From Eledone cirrhosa (taxonomy: Eukaryota): a DNA stretch of 64,000 bases. The stretch is from positions 435,922,001-435,986,000 of the forward strand of contig OZ024740.1 of the NCBI GenBank assembly GCA_964016885.1, written 5' to 3'. A program made the translations under genes and the position numbers. This document shows, piece by piece, positions 61,401-64,000 of the stretch. Each line of letters opens with the position of its first letter. Position 1 is the first letter of the stretch. The notes beneath the pieces are model-generated. The model was not told where the DNA came from. It saw only the letters and a list, made by a program, of their open reading frames with translations, and did not search any database.

Positions 61401-64000
61401 TGTATGTGGCCCTAGATGTGTGTATTATCTGATTGTGTTGTATGTGGCCCTAGATGTGTGTATTACCTGATTGTGTTGTATGTGGTCCTAGATGTGTGTA
61501 TTATCTGATTGTGTTGTATGTGGCCCTAGATGTGTGTATTACCTGATTGTGTTGTATGTGGTCCTAGATGTGTGTATTACCTGATTATGTGTTGTATGTG
61601 GTCCTAGATGTGTGTATTATCTGATTGTGTTGTATGTGGCCCTAGATGTGTGTATTACCTGATTGTGTTGTATGTGGTCCTAGATGTGTGTATTACCTGA
61701 TTATGTGTTGTATGTGGTCCTAGATGTGTGTATTATCTGATTGTGTTGTATGTGGCCCTAGATGTGTGTATTACCTGATTGTGTTGTATGTGGTCCTAGA
61801 TGTGTGTATTACCTGATTATGTGTTGTATGTGGTCCTAGATGTGTGTATTACCTGATTGTGTTGTATGTGGCCCTAGATGTGTGTATTACCTGATTATGT
61901 GTTGTATGTGGTCCTAGATGTGTGTATTATCTGATTATGTGTTGTATGTGGTCCTAGATGTGTGTATTACCTGATTATGTGTTGTATGTGGTCCTAGATG
62001 TGTGTATTACCTGATTGTGTTGTATGTGGTCCTAGATGTGTGTATTACCTGATTATGTGTTGTATGTGGCCCTAGATGTGTGTATTACCTGATTATGTGT
62101 TGTATGTGGCCCTAGATGTGTGTATTACCTGATTATGTGTTGTATGTGGTCCTAGATGTGTGTATTACCTGATTATGTGTTGTATGTGGCCCTAGATGTG
62201 TGTATTATCTGATTATGTGTTGTATGTGGTCCTAGATGTGTGTATTACCTGATTATGTGTTGTATGTGGTCCTAGATGTGTGTATTACCTGATTATGTGT
62301 TGTATGTGGCCCTAGATGTGTGTATTATCTGATTATGTGTTGTATGTGGTCCTAGATGTGTGTATTACCTGATTATGTGTTGTATGTGGCCCTAGATGTG
62401 TGTATTACCTGATTATGTGTTGTATGTGGTCCTAGATGTGTGTATTACCTGATTGTGTTGTATGTGGTCCTAGATGTGTGTATTACCTGATTATGTGTTG
62501 TATGTGGTCCTAGATGTGTGTATTACCTGATTATGTGTTTATGTGGCCCTAGATGTGTGTATTACCTGATTGTGTTGTATGTGGTCCTAGATGTGTGTAT
62601 TACCTGATTGTGTGTTGTATGTGGTCCTAGATGTGTGTATTACCTGATTGTGTTGTATGTGGTCCTAGATGTGTGTATTACCTGATTATGTGCTGTATGT
62701 GGTCCTAGATGTGTGTATTACCTGATTATGTGTTGTATGTGGCCCTAGATGTGTGTATTACCTGATTGTGTTGTATGTGGCCCTAGATGTGTGTATTACC
62801 TGATTATGTGTTGTATGTGGTCCTAGATGTGTGTATTACCTGATTATGTGTTGTATGTGGTCCTAGATGTGTGTATTACCTGATTGTGTTGTATGTGGCC
62901 CTAGATGTGTGTATTACCTGATTATGTGTTGTATGTGGTCGTAGATGTGTGTATTACCTGATTATGTGTTGTATGTGGTCCTAGATGTGTGTATTACCTG
63001 ATTGTGTTGTATGTGGCCCTAGATGTGTGTATTACCTGATTATGTGTTGTATGTGGCCCTAGATGTGTGTAATACCTGATTATGTGTTGTATGTGGTCCT
63101 AGATGTGTGTATTACCTGATTATGTGTTGTATGTGGTCCTAGATGTGTGTATTATCTGATTATGTGTTGTATGTGGTCCTAGATGTGTGTATTATCTGAT
63201 TATGTGTTGTATGTGGTCCTAGATGTGTGTATTACCTGATTGTGTTGTATGTGGCCCTAGATGTGTGTATTACCTGATTATGTGTTGTATGTGGCCCTAG
63301 ATGTGTGTATTACCTGATTGTGTTGTATGTGGTCCTAGATGTGTGTATTACCTGATTATGTGTTGTATGTGGTCCTAGATGTGTGTATTACCTGCTTATG
63401 TGTTGTATGTGGCCCTAGATGTGTGTATTACCTGATTGTGTTGTATGTGGCCCTAGATGTGTGTATTACCTGATTATGTGTTGTATGTGGCCCTAGATGT
63501 GTGTATTACCTGATTATGTGTTGTATGTGGCCCTAGATGTGTGTATTACCTGATTATGTGTTGTATGTGGTCCTTGATGTGTGTATTACCTGATTATGTG
63601 TTGTGTGTGGTCCTAGATGTGTGTATTACCTGATTATGTGTTGTATGTGGTCCTAGATGTGTGTATTACCTGATTGTGTTGTATGTGGTCCTAGATGTGT
63701 GTATTACCTGATTATGTGTTGTATGTGGTCCTAGATGTGTGTATTACCTGATTATGTGTTGTATGTGGCCCTAGATGTGTGTATTACCTGATTATGTGTT
63801 GTATGTGGTCCTAGATGTGTGTATTACCTGATTGTGTTGTATGTGGCCCTAGATGTGTGTATTACCTGATTATGTGTTGTATGTCGTCCTAGATGTGTGT
63901 ATTACCTGATTATGTGTTGCATGTGGTCCTAGATGTGTGTATTACCTGATTGTGTTATATGTGGTCCTAGATGTGTGTATTACCTGATTGTGTTGTATGT
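34408..64000. repeat. 40/38-bp satellite (AGATGTGTGTATTA[C/T]CTGATT[AT]GTGTTGTATGTGG[T/C]CCT), ~750 copies, >29.5 kb, runs off the right edge
   Basis: Direct periodicity; three common binary variants; rare markers recur at 2082, 1965 and 4315 bp offsets. Confidence 0.98.

Noticed and set aside
1-64000. CRISPR array interpretation of the 34-64 bp repeats
   Set aside because: Units are contiguous with no unique spacers, there are no cas genes, and the context is eukaryotic.

Overview
Eukaryotic, animal-like DNA; the dispersed repeats resemble octopus/cephalopod SINEs and MITEs as I recall them (not verified by search). About 88% of the window is tandem repeat in six unrelated minisatellite arrays with units of 48, 38/41, 48/46, 64, ~34 and 40/38 bp, plus a (CAC/CAT)n tract. 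The only host coding sequence is one 225-bp exon (33918-34142, +) of an EVI5-like TBC-domain Rab-GAP, so the rest is probably giant satellite-filled intron. The window also holds a young, 5'-truncated Tx1/L1-clade LINE (minus strand, one frameshift, one nonsense codon), three related SINE copies with different tails, and a TTAA-flanked MITE. Main observation: most arrays can be traced to short transposon pieces, namely the left and right termini of the same TTAA MITE, a SINE A-box head, a SINE 3' end and probably a hAT element interior. Expansion stages from 2 to ~750 copies sit side by side, with ~2 kb and ~4.3-4.4 kb higher-order duplications in the two largest arrays. No CRISPR or prokaryotic system is supported. 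Copy numbers are approximations from length divided by unit size.
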